A stretch of 64,000 nt of DNA from Squalus acanthias (Eukaryota), in assembly GCA_030390025.1 (NCBI GenBank), contig JASTWF010000327.1, forward strand, positions 310,001 to 374,000, read 5' to 3'. How positions within the stretch are numbered: position 1 is the stretch's first letter; every line of letters begins with the position of its first letter. Below are positions 61,171 through 64,000 of this stretch, piece after piece. The notes beneath the pieces were generated by a model. The model was not told the origin of the DNA. It was given only the letters and a program-made list of their open reading frames with translations, and did not search any database. The position numbers and the translations under genes were made by a program.

Positions 61171-64000
61171 TAAAAGACGGAAAATAAAAGGAAATTAAAA
61201 GACAGAGCAAAGTAATATCAGTAAGGAATGATGAGTATTCTTTGATGGTTGGGTCCTGTGAGCGATAACAGCAAGCAGAAGAAGATTTGAGTGTTCGGTC
61301 TTTTTACGGGATTTCAGGAAGTGGATGGCTTCTTTTTCCGTGGAAGGGCTGAAGACTGTGGACAAGGACTATGACTTTACATGGTTCGACAACATCAAAT
61401 GATATTCGTTAATGGATTGCCAATAGGACTGGCGTAGAACTGGTATTTAATTGTTTTGTTGCGAAGGTTTCAGGTTTTCTGTTTGAAAGCAGTTTACTTG
61501 AATCTTAATTGATTTTCTGATAAGGACTGTGGGAATTTGCACATGGTGATGTATTGGTGGTTATGTAGGAATTTACTTTGAAGTTATTGTCTAGTGTTGG
61601 GTGTGGCTGAAAAGATAAAGTAAATTAATATTGGTAAATTATTGAACGAACGGATGCTCGAGTGAAGGAACGGACGAATAATTCGAGCGAACGCATTCAT
61701 GCATATTGGAACTTACACTCGATCGAACGAATGATCACTTGTGCAGTGATAGGACGAACGATTCGAGCGAATGCACGCAGGCGCGCACTTAGACTATGCT
61801 ACGCACGCATTCAGACATACATAATGGAACTTACACTCGATCGAACGAACGACCTCTTGGGAGGTAGTGGTCGAACGAACGATTCGAGCGAACGCAAGCA
61901 TGCACATTGGAACTTACACTCGATCGAACGAATGATCGCGTGGCGAACGATCAGACAAACGATTCGAGCGAACGCACGCAGGCGCGCACTTAGATAACTG
62001 ATACGCACGCACGCATTCAGACATACATAATGGAACTTACGCTCGATCGAACGAACAAACGCTTGAATGAACGAACGAACAATTGAATGAATGATCGAAT
62101 GATCGAACGAACAATGCCAGTAGGACTGGCGTAAAACAGGTTTTCTTGGTTTATTGGAATGGATGTTATCTGTGGCATTTGGTTGGATTGTGATGGTGCT
62201 GTGTGTTTGTACACTGGTGTTGAAATGGTTTGTTTTATGTGGATAATATTGGTAAATTATTGAACGGACGGTCGCTCGAGTGAACGAATGGACGAACGAT
62301 TCGAACGAACGCATTCATGCATATTGGAACTTACACTCGATCGAACAAATGATCACTTGTGCAGTGATAGGACGAACGATTCGAGCGAACGCACGCAGGT
62401 GCGCACTTAGACTATGCTACGCATGCACGCATTCAGACATACATAATGGAACTTACACTCGATCGAACAAACGACCTCTTGGGAGGTAGTGGTCGAACGA
62501 ACGATTCGAGCAAACGCAAGCATGCACATTGGAACTTACACTCGATCGAACGAATGATCGCGTGGGGAACGATCAGACGAACGATTCGAGCGAACGCACG
62601 CAGGCGCGCACTTAGACAACTGATATGCACGCACGCATTCAGACATACATAATGGAACTTACGCTCGATCGAACGAACAAACGCTTGAATGAACGAACGA
62701 ACAATTGAATGAATGATCGAATGATCGAACGAACAATGCCAGTAGGACTGGCGTAAAACAGGTTTTCTTGGTTTATTGGAATAAATGTTATCTGTAGCAT
62801 TTAATTGGATTATGATGGTGCTTTGTGTTTGTACACTGTGGTGTTGAAATGGTTTGTTTTATGTGGAGTTAACTTTGAGATTTATTATTTTAAATCTAAA
62901 AAGTTGTGTGGAATTGCTTAAGATAATTTGTACTGTAAACATTATTGATTATTTGTAAAAGTAATCATTGCATTTATGTTAATTATAAGGCTGTTTTTAA
63001 GGCTTTATTTTTTACTGTGATGGATTTACTGTGTAATGGATTTACTGTGTAATGGATTTACTGTGTAGTGGATTTACTATGTAGTTGATGAGTTGTACAG
63101 GTATTATTGTTTTTGAATAAAAATATTTAAAAGACGGAAAATAAAAGGAGAGTAAAAGACAGAGCAAAGTAATATCAGTAAGGAATGATGAGTATTCTTT
63201 GATGGTTGGGTTCTGTGAGCAATAACAGCAAGCAGAAGAAGATTTGAGTGTTCGGTCTTTTTACGGGATTTCAGGAAGTGGATGGCTTCTTTTTCCGTGG
63301 AAGGGCTGAAGACTGTGGACAAGGACTATGACTTTACATGGTTCGACAACATCAAATGATATTCATTAATGGATTGCCAATAGGACTGGTGTAGAACTGG
63401 TATTTAATTGTTTTGTTGCGAAGGTTTCAGGTTTTCTGTTTGAAAGCAGTTTACTTGAAGCTTAATTGATTTTCTGATAAGGACTGTGGGAATTTGCACA
63501 TGGTGATGTATTGGTGGTTCTGTAGGAACTTATTTTGAGGTTATTGTTTAGTGTTGGTGTGGCTGAAAAGATAAAGTAAATTAATATTGGTAAATTATTG
63601 AACGAACGGACGCTCGAGCGAACGAACGGACGAACGATTCGAACGAACGCATTCATGCATATTGGAACTTACACTCGATCGAACGAATGATCACTTGTGC
63701 AGTGATAGGACGAACGATTCGAGCGAACGCACGCAGGCACGCACTTAGACTATGCTACGCACGCACGCATTCAGACATACATAATGGAACTTACACTCGA
63801 TCGAACGAACGACCTCATGAGGTAGTGGTCGAACGAACGATTCGAGCGAATGCAAGCATGCACTTTGGAACTTACACTCGATCGAACGAATGATCGCGTG
63901 GGGAACGATCAGACGAACGATTCGAGCGAACGCACGCAGGCGCGCACTTAGATAACTGATACGCACGCACGCATTCATACATAATGGAACTTACGCTCGA
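61171..64000. repeat. Complex hierarchical repeat of unknown class (~1957-bp superunit, ~618-bp subunit, 25-bp core)
   Basis: 61171 recurs at 63128; 61628 recurs at 62246 and 63584; 12 copies of TGGAACTTACRCTCGATCGAAC. Confidence 0.9.

Noticed and set aside
61640..64000. CRISPR array
   Set aside because: Spacers recur between blocks, spacing is irregular, there are no cas genes and the context is eukaryotic

Overview
Vertebrate, almost certainly cartilaginous-fish (shark-type) genomic DNA, inferred from a Deu-domain SINE, CR1 LINEs with an SGNH ORF1 and the zinc-finger style. The window is a cluster of at least 8 tandem C2H2 zinc-finger genes or pseudogenes plus 2 relics, with no recognisable KRAB/SCAN/BTB/SET domain. 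They are embedded in CR1-clade LINE copies (one nested three deep), a Tx1-like L1, a Harbinger-like MITE, Penelope fragments with hammerhead-like motifs and at least seven minisatellite families. Left half: two head-to-head ZNF pairs, each centred on a palindromic CpG-island promoter. The intact one has 139-bp inverted arms around a 139-bp CCAAT/GC-box core, with a splice-donor motif in each arm. Right half: recently duplicated segments whose ZNF arrays differ (10, 16 and 18 fingers) while the flanks stay near-identical. The last ~2.9 kb is an unexplained, CpG-rich hierarchical repeat. All calls were made by eye, and boundaries of degenerate repeats are approximate.
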